64,000 nucleotides of DNA. Origin: Octopus vulgaris. Taxonomy: Eukaryota. The stretch covers positions 70,866,001-70,930,000 of the forward strand of contig OX597817.1 of NCBI GenBank assembly GCA_951406725.2, written 5' to 3'. Position 1 is the first letter of the stretch. Each line of letters opens with the position of its first letter. Of the stretch, positions 13,661-28,272 are shown piece by piece. The notes under the pieces were generated by a model. It worked only from the letters and a program-made list of their open reading frames with translations, was not told the DNA's origin and made no database searches. Made by a program: the position numbers and the translations under genes.

Positions 13661-13697
13661 TAACTGAACGCGACTCATCCATTTTCAAGTTTATATA

Positions 13698-13733
<36 letters not shown>

Positions 13734-14229
13734 TGTATGTATGTATGTATGTATGTATGTATGTATGTATGTATGTATGTATATACATGCATATATACAT
13801 ACATACATACATACATACATACATACATACATACATACATACATACATAAAGCAGACTTTATTTTCATCATTCCGGACGTTTATAAAACAAGTACCAGAA
13901 AAGTATTGGGGTCGAGTCAATCAACTGATCCCGCCAATCTATAATCCTGCTTTGTGCCTATGTAAGAAATCAATATTAAGAGCAGTGGTCTGGTAGAATC
14001 AATTAACGATGAGCAAAATGCCTTGTTATATTTTCTCCGTTTTCATAGGTTTTGCATTCAAATAAGGCCGGGATTAAATTTGCCATTAACCTTTCCGGGT
14101 GAAATAATGCTATTAATACACAAGGTTTCACATTTAATTTTTCAAGATTCTTTGTTATATGGAGCCGTGCCTCAAATTGTGTTTTTCTGGAAATTGTTTA
14201 CTTTTTGGAGAAGAATATGACTCAGGACC

Positions 14230-14305
<76 letters not shown>

Positions 14306-14367
14306 ATCTTTCTGTCGTTTATTGTTTATTTTCGTAAACTTTTCCTTTATCTATCTATCTATCTTAC

Positions 14368-14422
<55 letters not shown>

Positions 14423-15761
14423 CATATATATATATAATAGTGAGTTCGTTGAACTTTCGTCGACAATTTGTTCCAGATTGAATACTATACATGCGATTTG
14501 CAACGACCTTACAATTTTTGGGACTCCAGTATTGTGGAGGATTTCAGTTTGAAACTCAAAAATAGTCAGAGAAAATGTTATAAAGCAATGCCGCCAATCC
14601 ACATCCATGGACAGGTTCTGTATTTATGAATCCCAGAAAAGTCAGGCATTTGTTGAATTTGAGAGATTTGAACACAGAATGCGGGGAACTGTAACAAACA
14701 ATGTAGGGCATACTAGAGAGAGAGAGATAAAATATATGTGTCTATAAGCACATATAAATATGTAAATATACTACATGTATTATACTATATGTATTATATC
14801 TATATCAATGCCATGGACCCTTAACCCCTTGACAAAGTCGTAATGGCGCAGTCCTGATATACGGTCTGTCTGGGGTAGTTTAGATCTGATGGTGTCCATT
14901 TTTCTCCAAGTCTGACCACAACCAATTTTATCTTGAAGTTAAGACAGAAACAGAATGAACCAGTTCCAGTACAGAAATGATTATCTCTCTCTCTCTCCCC
15001 TTCTCTCTCTATATATATATATCTAACTATCTCTCTCTCTCTCTCTCTCTTTCTCTATCCATCTATCTATCTGTATAATGCATACATATGTATGTATAAT
15101 GCATATAAGGTAGGATGCATGCATATATTGGTGTGCGTCGTTGTTGATGTTTTTCCCTCGCTTTGTTCGTTTTTTCCCGAGCAGATGCACCGAGACTTTT
15201 GAGGGTCAGAGTAACCTCGAAAAACGTCGTGTCATGAAGGAATGAACAAGGAGGATGAGGGGAGAGGGAGGGGGAGGAGGAGAAGATGAAGAATAAGAAT
15301 AAGAAGAGCAACAACCATCATAACCACCATCGCCACTACCACAATAACAACTGTATGATATAAGAAAACTGAGGAAAGCCTACCCTCCTACAGAAATAAA
15401 TCAGTCATTACAAAACAAAATAACAATGGGCGTGGTGGGAGGAAAAGGGGACGAAAACAACACAGAGTGTGAGGAATAGGAGATAAGATAGAAAAGGAGA
15501 GGGGCGGAGGATGAGGAGGAGGAGAGGAGGGAAGGTGATAGTGGGAAGAGAGAGAGAGACTGTTTGTGTGGTGAGAAAGAGAGGGACAGAGAGAGAAAAG
15601 ATGGTTGAGAGCGGAGGAGAATGAGGTGAGGGTGGGTGGAGAGAAATGATGGTGGGATGAGGTGGTAGGAAGAGGTAGTGGGAAAGAAGATTATTCTTCT
15701 TTTTCTTTTTGAAGAAAGAGTGTATATACATAATGAGGAAATATGTCAAGAGTAGCATCAA

Positions 15762-15947
15762 TTACATCATCGTCAACAACAGCATCACTACCACCGCCAC
15801 CACTATCGCCATGATCATGAACATCATCATCATCATCACCACCACCATCGTCACCACCACCACCACCACTACCGCCACTACCACCACCACTACCACCACC
15901 ACTACCACCACCACTACCACCACCACTACCACCACCACTACCACCAC

Positions 15948-15978
<31 letters not shown>

Positions 15979-16798
15979 TCATCACCATCATCACCATCAC
16001 CACCACCACCACCACCATCATCATCATCATCTTCATCCTCATCACCATAACTACCACCACCACCACCACCATCATCATCATCACCCCCACCGCCATCACC
16101 GCCACCACCACCACCACCACCACCACCACCATCATCATCATCTTCATCATCATCACCATCACCACTATCATCACCACCCTCCTCCCCCCTCCTCCCCCTC
16201 CTCCTCTTCATCATCATCATCATCATCGGCGACGACATTATTGTCGCCATTGTTACCAGCGTCGCGGCCGCCACTGCCACCACCACAAGCAACATAGCTA
16301 CAACCATCACAACCTACCATTATCATCATTATCACCACCACCACCACCGCCAGAAGTAACATTAACAACAGGAACGACAACAGCAATAAGTTACAATTGT
16401 AACAATAATGGTTTCTGATTTAAGGCCAGCATTTTTTGAAGGAAGGTTAAGTCAATAGAATCGAACCCAGTACTTGACTTGATACTATTATCTTATCGAC
16501 CCCCGAAAGGATGAAAGGCAAAATTCACTTCGGTGGGGATTTACCCTGAACGTAAAGACCCGGAAGAAATACCACCTAGCATTTTGTTCGACGCTCTAAC
16601 GACTCCGTCAATGCACCACCTTGTAACAATAAGAACAACAGCAATAGCATGTAACTCACCACTACCATCACCACCACCACCAACATCACCACTAAAAGCA
16701 CCGCCGCCGCCACCACCACCACCACAGCCACCGCCACCACTACCACCACCACCGCAACCACCGCCACAACCACCACAACTACCACCACCACCACCACC

Positions 16799-16843
<45 letters not shown>

Positions 16844-16860
16844 AGCAACAACAGCAACAA
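15762..16860. repeat. Compound trinucleotide microsatellite (ACC/ATC/AAC) interrupted by a family C SINE (about 16408-16620, minus strand)
   Basis: Direct inspection. The poly-T/P/V/M ORFs here are artefacts. Confidence 0.9.
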
Positions 16861-17064
16861 TAATTCAACACGTGGAATAAACATCAACTGAGTCACTTGA
16901 CTTGCAAGAAGTAGCAGCGAAGTCTCCTTCAAATCACATTCTACTGACAGAGAAAGCGGTGCCCGTTGAATGATGCAGCCCTTCAAGCAGTGCCTCATGG
17001 AAAGGTGGAGGATTGCTGTTGGAATGCCTTTGATCAGTCACGAGCTTTGTGTATATACCCAGAG

Positions 17065-17447
17065 GAGCCGCAATGGCCCAGTGGTTAGGGCAGCGGACTC
17101 GCAGTCATAAGATCGCGGTTTCGATTCCCAGACCGGGCGTTGTGAGTGTTTATTGAGCGAAAACACCTAAAGCTCCACGAGGCTCCGGCAGGGGATGGTG
17201 GTGATCTCTGCTGTACTCTTTCACTACAACTTTCTCTCACTCTTACTTCCTGTTTCTGTTGTACCTGTATTTCAAAGGGCCGGCCTTGTCACTCTCTGTG
17301 TCACGCTGAATATCCCCGAGAACTACGTTAAGGGTACACGTGTCTGTGGAGTGCTCAGCCACTTACACGTTAATTTCACGAGCAGGCTGTTCCGTTGATT
17401 CGGATCAACCGGAACCCTCATCGTCGTAACCGACGGAGTGCTTCCTT
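17065..17447 (+). mobile_element. tRNA-derived SINE, family A (young copy)
   Basis: Near-identical to 8021-8409, with a 13-bp TSD tatatacccagag at 17052-17064 and 17448-17460. Confidence 0.9.
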
Positions 17448-17765
17448 TATATACCCAGAGTAGGCAGTAGTTATTTGAAAAGTAAATACTCAATAAAAAG
17501 TTTCATCACTGTGATATGTTGTATGAAAGTACTGATTGACTGACAGAATGAGTATTTATGTAATTCTTTGTTAAACGCTTCTGATGCGACCCCTATATTT
17601 GTACAACCAGAAGAGTAATGAAAGTCGTGTGGGTTATAACAACGTGTGCATGTATACTTATATGTATATATATGTGTGTGTGTATGCAACTATCAAACCC
17701 GCCTCATGGGAGGTTAACCCACAAATAAAAAATATCTATTCACTCAGTCTTACTGTTCGATATTA

Positions 17766-17837
<72 letters not shown>

Positions 17838-17985
17838 ATGGATGCCCATTAAGTGGATATCCATTATGCTAGAAGTCGCCCCCCTATGGTATTACCACTA
17901 AGAAAGGAATGTTCTCAAGAAAATTTAGCAAACGCCAGAACGTAAGCGAGCAAGACAAATGAAAATATACAAAATATACAGATTA

Positions 17986-18057
17986 ATCACAAATCCGGTT
18001 TCGTTGTTACCACTTACGTAATTACTTACGTAGATGTCCGCAACTCGTCAGTGTGAT
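17986..18057 (-). ncRNA. Type-I hammerhead ribozyme-like motif (PLE terminus), stem III mismatched
   Basis: Minus strand: atcaca CTGACGA gttg...caac GAAAC cgg ATT tgtgat. Confidence 0.55.
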
Positions 18058-19479
18058 CGTCATAGCAAAATATAATTTGCAGAACTATACACAGAACGTC
18101 TAGAGAAGACCCCTTTGAAAACACAAGTGGTACAAAAACATAAACCGTTCCAGAGGTGAACACGAAAGACAGGTATCGATATTTCGTAGTTTTTCTTAAT
18201 TATATCGCTTAGCGTAACTGTTTAATAATGTTTTTAATAAAATTTTACGTGAGTCTTAACATTACCCTAAATTTTAATACATTTTCATACTCAACAAATT
18301 TTAATGTTATATTTTAAGCTAAATAAACTTCTTTAAAATACGAAACACCATTAATTGTATATAAAATTCGAAAAATTTTAACAACTCTATATCATGTATC
18401 TAAATGATATGCACTTAAAATATCCTTAGATTAAAAAACTCCCGATGCGTGTAATAACGTTTATAATGTGTGTATAAACGTCAAACAGCAATAGCTGTAA
18501 TAATCTGTTTCAGAGAAAATTTTACAAAGACTTCGTCAATTTAACCATACGTAATTATGGCTCAAGTTTTCAGATAAAAAAGTCATTCTTTTACAATCGT
18601 TAGTGAATAGAATATCTGTGAATGTTTTATTTACTTTACCTTGTATCTGAGGCGAAACTCTGAAGGCTAGATTGTGGGTGAGATTTAATGCCAACCATTA
18701 CTGTATTCTTCTAAATCATTCTCATATTCTTCGCGTTATTCTTCTAAACGATCATTGCAAGACTCTAAGCCAGTCATATGTGAACCGCGGTCCACGAGAC
18801 TTTCTGAATTGCATACCTAACAAAAAAATTACCTTGAATGCTGCCTACTTGGTGGTGCGTAATATGTCTTGCAGCCCGCTTCTCGAAAGAGGTTGCTCAT
18901 GCGTGTTCTAAACCATTGTTATTTTTCTTGTGAACCACTCTCGTCTAACTCTAATCCAACGTTATGGATGGATTAGTAGCTTAATCAGAGAAGACATGCA
19001 AATCCTTCAAAGCAGAAGGAATCACGATTCGAGAGTTGCTGCAGCATTTTTCTTTTAAAAACATCATTTAATTTTTCTAAACCATTGTTATATTTTAAAT
19101 CCCCATAGTCTCTTACAAAATCATTGTTTACTTCTAATCCATTGTTATAGTCTTCTGAATTATGATTGTATTCTAAACCTTCTTATTCTTCTGATCTCTT
19201 GTGTTCTTTAAAATCATCAGTATATTTGTTGAAGTGTAAATTATTTTTCGGGTATAAATTGTAAGTATATTTCTATGTGAAAAACAACTTACTAATTATC
19301 TAATAACTAAATGTTTATGTCAATAACTGACAACTTTAACTGACTCAACAACAGCTAATAAAAACAATACTTTAATTATTATCAATTAAGCTGTATTACT
19401 ACCCCCAACTAATTACTTAAGCGTAAGTAATGTTTATAGGAAACTTTACACGTCTCAGGGCTAATTACATACTGTTAAA

Positions 19480-20857
19480 TGCCTGGAAAGAAATAACCAG
19501 CATTCTTATTAGGAACGTATGCACATGAAAACCAGATCGTCGGTAACATTAGAAGGCCTATATTTTGGAATCAGATGCAGTTGGAAGGCAAAGTGGACCA
19601 CAACTGAAATCGAGCAAGAAACGTAGTGGAGAGCCGAAATTAAAACAGGTTGACTCAGTAGCGTGAATTACCATTTCGGCCCTTCTCGGAGGAAAAGGAT
19701 TGCGCTTTTTACAGTGATGTTCAAGGTTTGCTGGTGAAATTGGATATATCTAAAAATGTACCAAGTGAATGGCGGTTATTTATAAATGGCTTTAACCGGA
19801 GTTTAAATATGTGTTTCTACACAATAGCAACAAATATAGATCGATCCCAATTGCTCACCCAGATATGATAGAGCAGTAGAAAACAATCGCCCTTGTCTTA
19901 AAAAAGGTATCATATTACGACCACCAATTGCTACTCTTTGTGGATCATAAAATGGCAAACGTTTTCCTGGACTTGCAGAGTGGATAGACTGAGCATTTGC
20001 TTTTTATCTATCTCTGGGAGAGTTGAGCACTGAGTGAGAAAAAATAGGTCATTAGAGAATAGAATATAATCACAGGACCATTGATTGACATAGATAAGAT
20101 TATTTGAATAAAGCTGCACACTATACTGGGTTTAATGAAACAGTTTGTGAAAACTTTGAAGAAAGACGGGTACTGCTTTGACTAAATATACAGTAAATTT
20201 CAAGCGAGCTTTAAGAAGCTGAAGACAGGTATTTTCGATGGACCACTAATCCGGGAACTAATGAAAGACGCATATTTCCAAAATTCAATGAACAATGCTG
20301 AAGCAGATGGATGGTTTCCGTTCACTGTGGTTGTAAGAATTTTTCTTGGAAGCCATAAAACAGATAACTACTCTGAACTAGTGGCGATCATGCTCTCTTC
20401 TTTTCGTCAACTTGCCTGTAATATGAGCATCAAAGTGCCTCCACAGCCATTTAGATCGTTTGTCAGACAACCTTGGTTACCTAAACAATGAACAGAGTGA
20501 ACGATTCCATCAAAATTTAAGAACTATGGAGGAAAGATACTGGGAGCACTGGGATACTCATTTGATGGTAGATTGCTGAACGTGATTGTCTTGGGGTATA
20601 GGAAGTCTCTGAAACGTCACTTTCGTTTGACGTCTGATTAGATAAACGTTATAGGAAGCCATTATATTTTTTACCCAAAAGGTAATATTAATTTTTAATC
20701 ATCAATTATTGCACTCTATCGGCTGTATGCATAGCAATTAGGGGTATAATATATCTCGATAACCAACAGAAAGCGATGGTATATTTAAAATCAGTGTGCA
20801 AATTTTACCTAAAATCATGACTAATATCACAGGCACCAAATTCTATGCTTCCCAGGG
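19480..20857 (+). mobile_element. Degenerate Chapaev3-like (CMC superfamily) DNA transposon
   Basis: Broken frames give WRLFING...VFLHNSNKYRSIPIAH, LHTILGLMKQFVKTL, KLKTGIFDGPLIRELMKD, FLGSHKTDNYSELVAIML, ACNMSIKV and EQSERFHQ. The element ends in cccaggg, similar to the CCCAGTG terminus. Confidence 0.75.
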
Positions 20858-21245
20858 AATTTTATTAAAACCAACCAAATATGTCATTACAAGAACATTT
20901 TGAAAAACAAATTTGTCATATTTTGTCACCGAATGTATATCATATCTTGCATGAAGGCGAGTATATCTTATACTATTTCTTCAACAGATTACTTCATCAT
21001 TTTACAAAATTACTTAAAATTACAATCAAAATACGGTTTTATAATTTCCTGCTGTGTTTGGTTTTACCGTTCATTCTCTTTTGTTCTAAATTTTATATCT
21101 TTTTACCAAGATCAGAAATTAATAATTATGTTCTGTTATTTAAAAAAAATTTTTTCATTTTGTCTTCATTTCAGTTTTATAGTTTTTTTTTATTTAGAAG
21201 TATTTTATTTTTCACATTTTTTTTTCTTAATTAAAAATAATCTAG

Positions 21246-21870
21246 GATAAAATCTATATAAGATTTTATCAAGTAGCTAGCATGTAAAATACCGTTTAAG
21301 TAAAAATTAATACAAAGTATTTAATTTTATAAATATAATTATAATAAAGGCAACTACTGAGTAGCACCACATGCTAGAAGAAGACGCCAATGACTCTAAA
21401 ACTACCTTATGTATCACATAGACACGGGCTGAATGCGAGGGAAATGAACAAAAAATATTTTTAAAAAGGTTTAGCCATAGATCAATTTCTGGTTTAGGGA
21501 TGTAATACCCTTCATCGTCTTTAGTATGATATAACTCAAAATACATAATTATAAACATCTATATATACCATATGAACACGTTGCGCATCTACTGTGCATA
21601 TACAAATGTTCGCATTTATATATAAGTTAAATCTAGTTTGTTCATCTCAGAAACGGGTGAATGACCAAAATAATTCAGCAGCGAATAAATTTGCTGAAGA
21701 GAATTCATATTTATCATTATAATGAAGGATAAAATCTATATAGGATTTTATCAAGCAGCTAGCATGTAAAAAAAACGATTTAGGTAAAAATTAATAGAAA
21801 GTATTTAATTTTATAAATATAATTATAAATGGTAGTTTTAGAGCCATTTGGTGTCTTCTTATGATAAGTT
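21246..21870. mobile_element. Terminally redundant PLE-like terminal unit next to (TA)n
   Basis: A direct repeat of about 100 bp (ggataaaatctatat...aatataattataa) at about 21246 and 21727, plus a short inverted segment (21380-21402 vs 21832-21859). Confidence 0.5.
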
Positions 21871-21871
21871 G

Positions 21872-21956
<85 letters not shown>

Positions 21957-21961
<5 letters not shown>

Positions 21962-22337
21962 GGATGAATGAATTATCCTTTGTTTACACTTAACATGGAA
22001 AATTCAATAAACAGTTACTAGTGTAGCAAAATTCACGCAAGTAACAAAGATGTAGCGACCTATTCAAAGGTAGAAACTCCGGGTTAATGTGCAGTTATTT
22101 GTGTAGTATAAGTAAATAAATGGAGTTGAAATCAGATGCTATTCAAATTCTTTTACTTTCGACATATGTTTCGAAGACAACATTGGTTTTATTCCAAAGG
22201 AATAAACGGTGTAAATGCAATCTTCTCATCAGGAAAGAAAGAGAGCCTACCTTTGGAATAAAACCAATGTTGTCTTCGAAACATATGTCGGATGTAAAAG
22301 AATTTGAATAGCATCTGCGTTCAACTTCATTTATTTA

Positions 22338-22343
<6 letters not shown>
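21957..22343 (-). mobile_element. Fold-back PLE terminus in (TA)n carrying a hammerhead
   Basis: Inverted arms at 22107-22200 and 22250-22343, a tail of about 150 bp, and (TA)n on both sides. Confidence 0.7.
22156..22237 (-). ncRNA. Type-I hammerhead ribozyme, intact core
   Basis: Minus strand: ctttc CTGATGA gaagat...gtcttc GAAAC atat GTC gaaag. Stem III is the palindrome ACATATGT and the cleavage triplet is GUC. Confidence 0.8.
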
Positions 22344-22374
<31 letters not shown>

Positions 22375-23246
22375 GCTTACACACATGTCAATATATATGT
22401 ATAAATATGCATATATATATATATACGTGTGTGCGTGTATGTGTATGTGTGTGTTTGTGTGTTAAGTAATTATCAGTGATAGAAGCCGTATTGATACTAA
22501 AAGGCAATATATATATTCAACTTAACGTAGATGTTTTGTTAGAATGTCGAACAGTGTAGTGTTCCCTTTGGGACTACACCTCATGTAGACGTATGGTGCA
22601 TAAAAGCACTGACACAGACACACACACAGGCACGGGCACACACAAAGGCACGGGTACACACACAGGCACGGGCACACACATACACGCACGCACGCACACA
22701 TACACACACAGAGACAATATTGTGTGCGTGTGTCATCCGCACTTTGACTTTGACCTTCAAAAGTAATGTGACTTGCGATTCAGTCCTAAGATCGTTTACA
22801 ATGAAGTATATGTGTGTGTGTGAGAAGGGAGGAGCAGAGTTCTCAGAAATCAAATGAACAGTGTATTGATGCACCTTTCACTTGACATGGCATTTTCATC
22901 ATCCCTTTTGTTTTCCGCTGGTTTGTTTTAGCAAGTTCACAAAATGGTGGTGGAAAGTATTGGTGAATTCACAATATGAACAATCCTTTCTTGTCCCTTC
23001 AACGTAGCTGCCTCAGAAAGAGAGAGAGAGAGTGGGAGAAAGCGAGAGGAGAAAGAGAGAGGAATAAAAGAAGAGAGGTAGAAGTAAAAGAGAAGAAAAG
23101 AGAGAGAGAGAGACAGAGAGTGAAGTGGAAGCGGATCAAATTACTCCTATATTCATTGGTACTCTATCCTGAAGTAACATCGACGGGATCAGAACACAAT
23201 GCTCAGATATCGGGAGCAATTATTGCATGGTATTATTTCTGATGCT

Positions 23247-23412
23247 AAGGCGGCGAGCTGGCAGAAACGTTAGCACGCCGGGCGAAATTCTTAGCAGTAT
23301 TTCGTCTGTCGCTACGTTCTGAGTTCAAATTCCGCCGAGAATCGACTTAATGCGTTTGTCTGTCCTTATTTGTCCTCTCTGTGTTTAGCCCTTTGTGGGT
23401 TGTAAAGAAGTA
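23247..23412 (+). mobile_element. tRNA-derived SINE, family C (internally deleted)
   Basis: Head ggcggcgagctggcagaaacgttagcacg, with an 18-bp TSD ggtattatttctgatgct. Confidence 0.85.
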
Positions 23413-25373
23413 GGTATTATTTCTGATGCTCTATCTACTCTATTTCTTCTCTACCTTCTCATTGCAGCATATGGTTTTCTGGTGGTAGAGCTAACTTTAA
23501 TTTTTCTTTTTATTGTTTTTCTAATATTTCCTTGTTAGTCCTTTACATTTCGTTTGGAATAATATCGTTTCTAAACCCGTTAATGTTTCTTGGCTCCGTC
23601 TTCAGAATGAAGTGGGTAATAGCGACATGTTGCTATCGTTTTTTTTTTTCTTTTCTTATATATCATAGTAAGGCAGTATCTTCGGAACGATGTTGGAATA
23701 TAACCATTATCACCATATTTAATATAAATCAATCTCGCCATGTGCAACAGTTAACTCCAGGTTACTTTCATATTGTATTTCACATATGCTATGCGCTTGT
23801 GTTGATTTTATGGTTTATATTTTAGTTCCAGTAAAGCTTTGGTAGTTATTCCAGTATTTTTTTTTAGTGAAATTCTATATAGGATGGCATTTTATCAACT
23901 AAATTTTTCTATTTAGTTTTATTTGTTTTGTATTACAATCCGCTGTAATAGCTCCTTGTAAATGCATGATCAATCGACGAGAAAATGCCGAGCATGTATG
24001 GGTGATGCAACACTTTAAGGCACGAAGTTTACGACTCATGTTTACTTTGGAATTTTAATATTACGTACATTGCCTCTGTGAAATATTCTGTGACTTGCCG
24101 TTTAGCGGTGTCATGCTGACAAGAAGGTTATTAACTCTGACGGTTCTGTAATATATATACTTACTGTTAGTATATGGTTAATTGTGGTGCATGCTGCGTT
24201 CTGTTTTATGAACGTCTTCATTCATTTTATAACTTGGGTGCATCAGTTTAAGTATCATACTATATGTATGGTTTGTACATCTTACTAAGTATTATATTTG
24301 TGGAGGTGATTTTAAACTTGTTCGAGTATACATATGTACATAGACATACATACATATATGCATACACATATACAAATACACACATGTGCGTGTGTATGTG
24401 TGTGTGTTGTTAGTTAACGCTCGTTAAATTCATATGATTTTGTTGTTTAAAGCTTCTTTTGAGACTGAAATTTATAAGATTCATTACAAAAGGGATTTGG
24501 CTACATAAAATTTATATTTGTTGGGAGTACTTACTATCACTGTGCAAATGTAGGCATTTGTTGGTATTTTCATTTGTGCGTGTATACCGACATCTGTCTA
24601 ATTGGATCCTTATTCACACAGTCATATCTCTCTATTACTCTACCGACTTATTCCTGTATATCTATCGCAACAAATGTGTTAGTAATGTACAGATCATGTA
24701 TATATTTATGACATTATTATATTCACGAATAAACATGTTTTCAACACGAACCGTATGGAACGTCGCAGATGTGGGCTTTATTAGAAAACCGATGGTCACT
24801 CTGTCGAACTAAGTTTCCAGATTGTTCTAGACAGGAATCATGTCGTACAGACCAACAAGAACTTTCCAGTAATGTTCCTTAACATATTAGCTAGTTTTGT
24901 AATGATTTGTTTTCGCCCCTTGTTTAATATACCTAACGTTTCCTATACAGAAATATCGACAAAGATTCTTTTAACACCGATAACTAAAATATCCTCAACT
25001 TTGCTAATACGTTTTAGATTTCTATATCTGTTTGATATCCTACACTGCACCTCACTGGTGCATATTAATGATATTGTCTACTTGTTTAGCGATCCTATGA
25101 GTTAGGGTGTTGAGTTGGGATATTATAAATCGGTGGGAGTCTATTTGTGAGTCTTTAAGTATCCTAGATGTAAGCAGGGCTAAACCCTTTTTCTATGTAT
25201 TGGAAAAAAATATTATATTCGTCCTTTTGCAGCGGTAAATAATTTATTGAGCTTAATTTTTAGATTTGCAGAATTGCCTTTCTTGATTTATGCAAAATTA
25301 TATAATATATTGCTCGTTTTTGTAATATGTTTGCCTCTGCTCATAATAAAAAACAAATTTCCCTTGTCTCTTG

Positions 25374-25480
<107 letters not shown>

Positions 25481-26293
25481 ATGTCTGTCTATCTGTCTAT
25501 CTGCCTGTCTGACTGTCTGTTTTTTAATGTATTCTTGCACTCATCCATCCGTCCATCCATCCGTCCATCCATCCATCCATCCATCCATCCATCCATCAAT
25601 CCATCCATCCATCCATCCATCCATCCATCCATCCATCCATCCACATGTCATTCCTTCATTTTTATTTCTAAAAGTTTCTTTCTATGTTCTTTTAGTTTCT
25701 TTCAACTTTCGTTGTAGTCCTCCTTCCCCCCCCCCACTTCAACCATTTATTTTAGTGTCCCTGAATTAGTGTATCTGTCGATCTGTCCGTCTCTCTTTCT
25801 TTCACTCTCTCGCTCTTACTTTCACTCATTAGAAATTCGTTGATAATCTCTGTTAAACCTATTACACACAAGACATTCGATGCTTTTCGGTGTTCATAAA
25901 ACAGCAGACGACGTCAGTGTTTAAATGTTTTCACATTACCAACAGAAAAAGAATATTTTTATATAATTTGATATGCTTCGATAAACCTTAAATCGTAAAT
26001 CTGAATTAAACAAAAACAGAACGAGAAACCCAGCCAAAGCGTACAGTAGGAATCAGAACAAAAAGAATACCAAAAGACATTAAAATCAAATTGTGGACCG
26101 TATTAACAGAGATTAAAGACGTACGTTAAGCTGTCTAGACGCCATCTTTGCTGATTAAGCAACTTTTCATACAATGAAATTTACAGGACGGATAACAGGA
26201 TTATAATAAACCTTTATATAATTTAGGCAGTCTTGTGACTCATTCGCATCCACTCACACAGAGACAAGGGATATACGTAACACATACAAATGC

Positions 26294-26417
<124 letters not shown>

Positions 26418-26436
26418 TGAATAGAAGGTCTTGAAA

Positions 26437-26482
26437 CCACCTGATGAATGTCCTTAGAAGTGAAAAGAAACAATTGTAGTGG
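26437..26482 (+). ncRNA. Type-I hammerhead motif in a short (TA)n-flanked insert; stem II degenerate
   Basis: ccac CTGATGA ... GAAAC aatt GTA gtgg, with palindromic stem III ACAATTGT. Confidence 0.6.
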
Positions 26483-26575
26483 ATAACTTAATTTTATTTA
26501 ATTTATATAAAATTTTTTATGTATTGGATTAAGTCTTTCTTTGTTTGATTTGCATAATAGTGGTTTTGTCTCTAA

Positions 26576-26625
<50 letters not shown>

Positions 26626-26639
26626 TTGTATTTGTGGAT

Positions 26640-28091
26640 GGTCATGTTGCCAGTTTAACCAATAAAAACACACGCACTATATATTTGGTGTTCACTTGCT
26701 TCAGCTTTATTTTGTATTAATCGTATTTCGGCCAGAGTTCTTTCGTCACACTTCTGTGACTTCATCAGTGGTCCTTTGTTTTCTTCTTTCTTTTTTATGT
26801 GTCTTTCCTTACTAATGATCAACCATTTTGTATTCCTATTGTATATGTCTTTATTTGCGCATGCGTGTGTGTGTCTATGTTTAGTAAGTGTGTGTGTGTG
26901 GGGCAATGTGCCTGCATTATCAGTATCTTCTCTTTATACACGTTCGTTTAATTTGGTTTTATTTACTTTGTTCATTATTTTTTCTCTTCTCTTATTTTTA
27001 CTCTTCTCTTTCTTTTTCCTTTTTTTGTATTTAATTTAATTTATTTTTAAAAATATATAGTTGTATTGTATTATATTATATTCATATTGTTATCAGTTTA
27101 TGGGGATCTTATTCTGTCATAGGTTGTGGTGTGTTGGGAGGGGAGGTTCTAGTGTTCCATTCTAGTTTCCTATTCAGGCTAGGTTTATCTTCTTTTATGT
27201 GTATAGCTTCTGAAATGTGTCTAAGCGTTGAGTCTGTTCTATGTATGGACAAGATTTTAAATTCTATGTTGATGAGCGATTACCCGTGTTCCTGCTCTGC
27301 GTGCTAGTACAGAACTGATGAGCTCTTCCCTTCCTTATGTTCTTCTATCCTCCGTGCTGTTTCCCCTACGTACATCGTTGTCTCCTTACTGTACCGTCCC
27401 TCTGTACATCTTATACTATAGATTACATTCCTGGCTTTACAGTTTGTCTGTGGGCTAAATCTATATACAGTACAGTTCCTATCAGTACAGGGAGCTCTAC
27501 TAAAAGGGTAGGTTCTATCGACTAGGGATTTGATAGGGTTGCCTGGCCTTTCTACAGCCTTAATTCTTAGTTTAAATTTGTCTAGAGCCCTTCTAAAGCG
27601 GTACGTCAATTCGCTTCTAGTGGTAGTGTCAACGAACATGACACTCTGGTATTTGTGGCTGTCAGACCAGGCGTTGGCCCTCCCTATTTTCTTCTTAATC
27701 CTTTCAATGGTATTCCATGACTTGGTCCTACTGAGTGGGTAAATTCCATTCCGATCGTTACGTATGATAGTTTCAAATTTCCTCATGGCTCCTTTGTATA
27801 CTCTGATCTTTGCTCTATGGCTGTATCCTGAGAAGTACTTGCGGTGAACGAAATTTGTATGTGTCTCTTTAACTCTGTAGGGTCGCACATGCGGGACACA
27901 TTTCTTCTTACTCTTATGAGGCCTGCCATCAATATATTGAATTTAGCATTGTGCGCGATAGCTGAGTTCCGGTGGATCAGATATTTGGGGCTATAGGTTT
28001 GGCATAGTGTGAATAAAGGATTCGGGTCTTATTATTCAGTTTCCAGCCAAAGCTCTGTATCTAGTACTTGTAGTCTATGGTTAGGGTGTGG

Positions 28092-28095
<4 letters not shown>
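26640..28095 (-). mobile_element. Penelope-like retroelement, 5'-truncated (RT thumb, GIY-YIG endonuclease and pLTR)
   Basis: Encodes [38 protein letters not shown]...RNVS and CTDRNCTV..NCKARNVIYSIRC..YVGETAR...ISEAIHIKEDKPSLNRKLEW. A hammerhead lies downstream and (TA)n flanks both sides. Confidence 0.9.
26730..26774 (-). ncRNA. Minimal type-I hammerhead ribozyme in the PLE pLTR
   Basis: Minus strand: ggacca CTGATGA a gtcac agaagt gtgac GAAAG aa CTC tggcc, on the same strand as and 3' of the GIY-YIG ORF. Confidence 0.75.
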
Positions 28096-28145
<50 letters not shown>

Positions 28146-28221
28146 ATGTATATGTGTATGTGTGTGTATGTATATATATGTATGTATGCATATATATACG
28201 CATACATCTATAATGTATATA

Positions 28222-28272
<51 letters not shown>

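Noticed and set aside
15709-16998. Poly-Thr/Pro/Gly/Asp ORFs resembling mucin or formin segments
   Set aside because: Pure trinucleotide repeats that are open in several frames on both strands, interrupted by a SINE and without splice-supported unique coding sequence.
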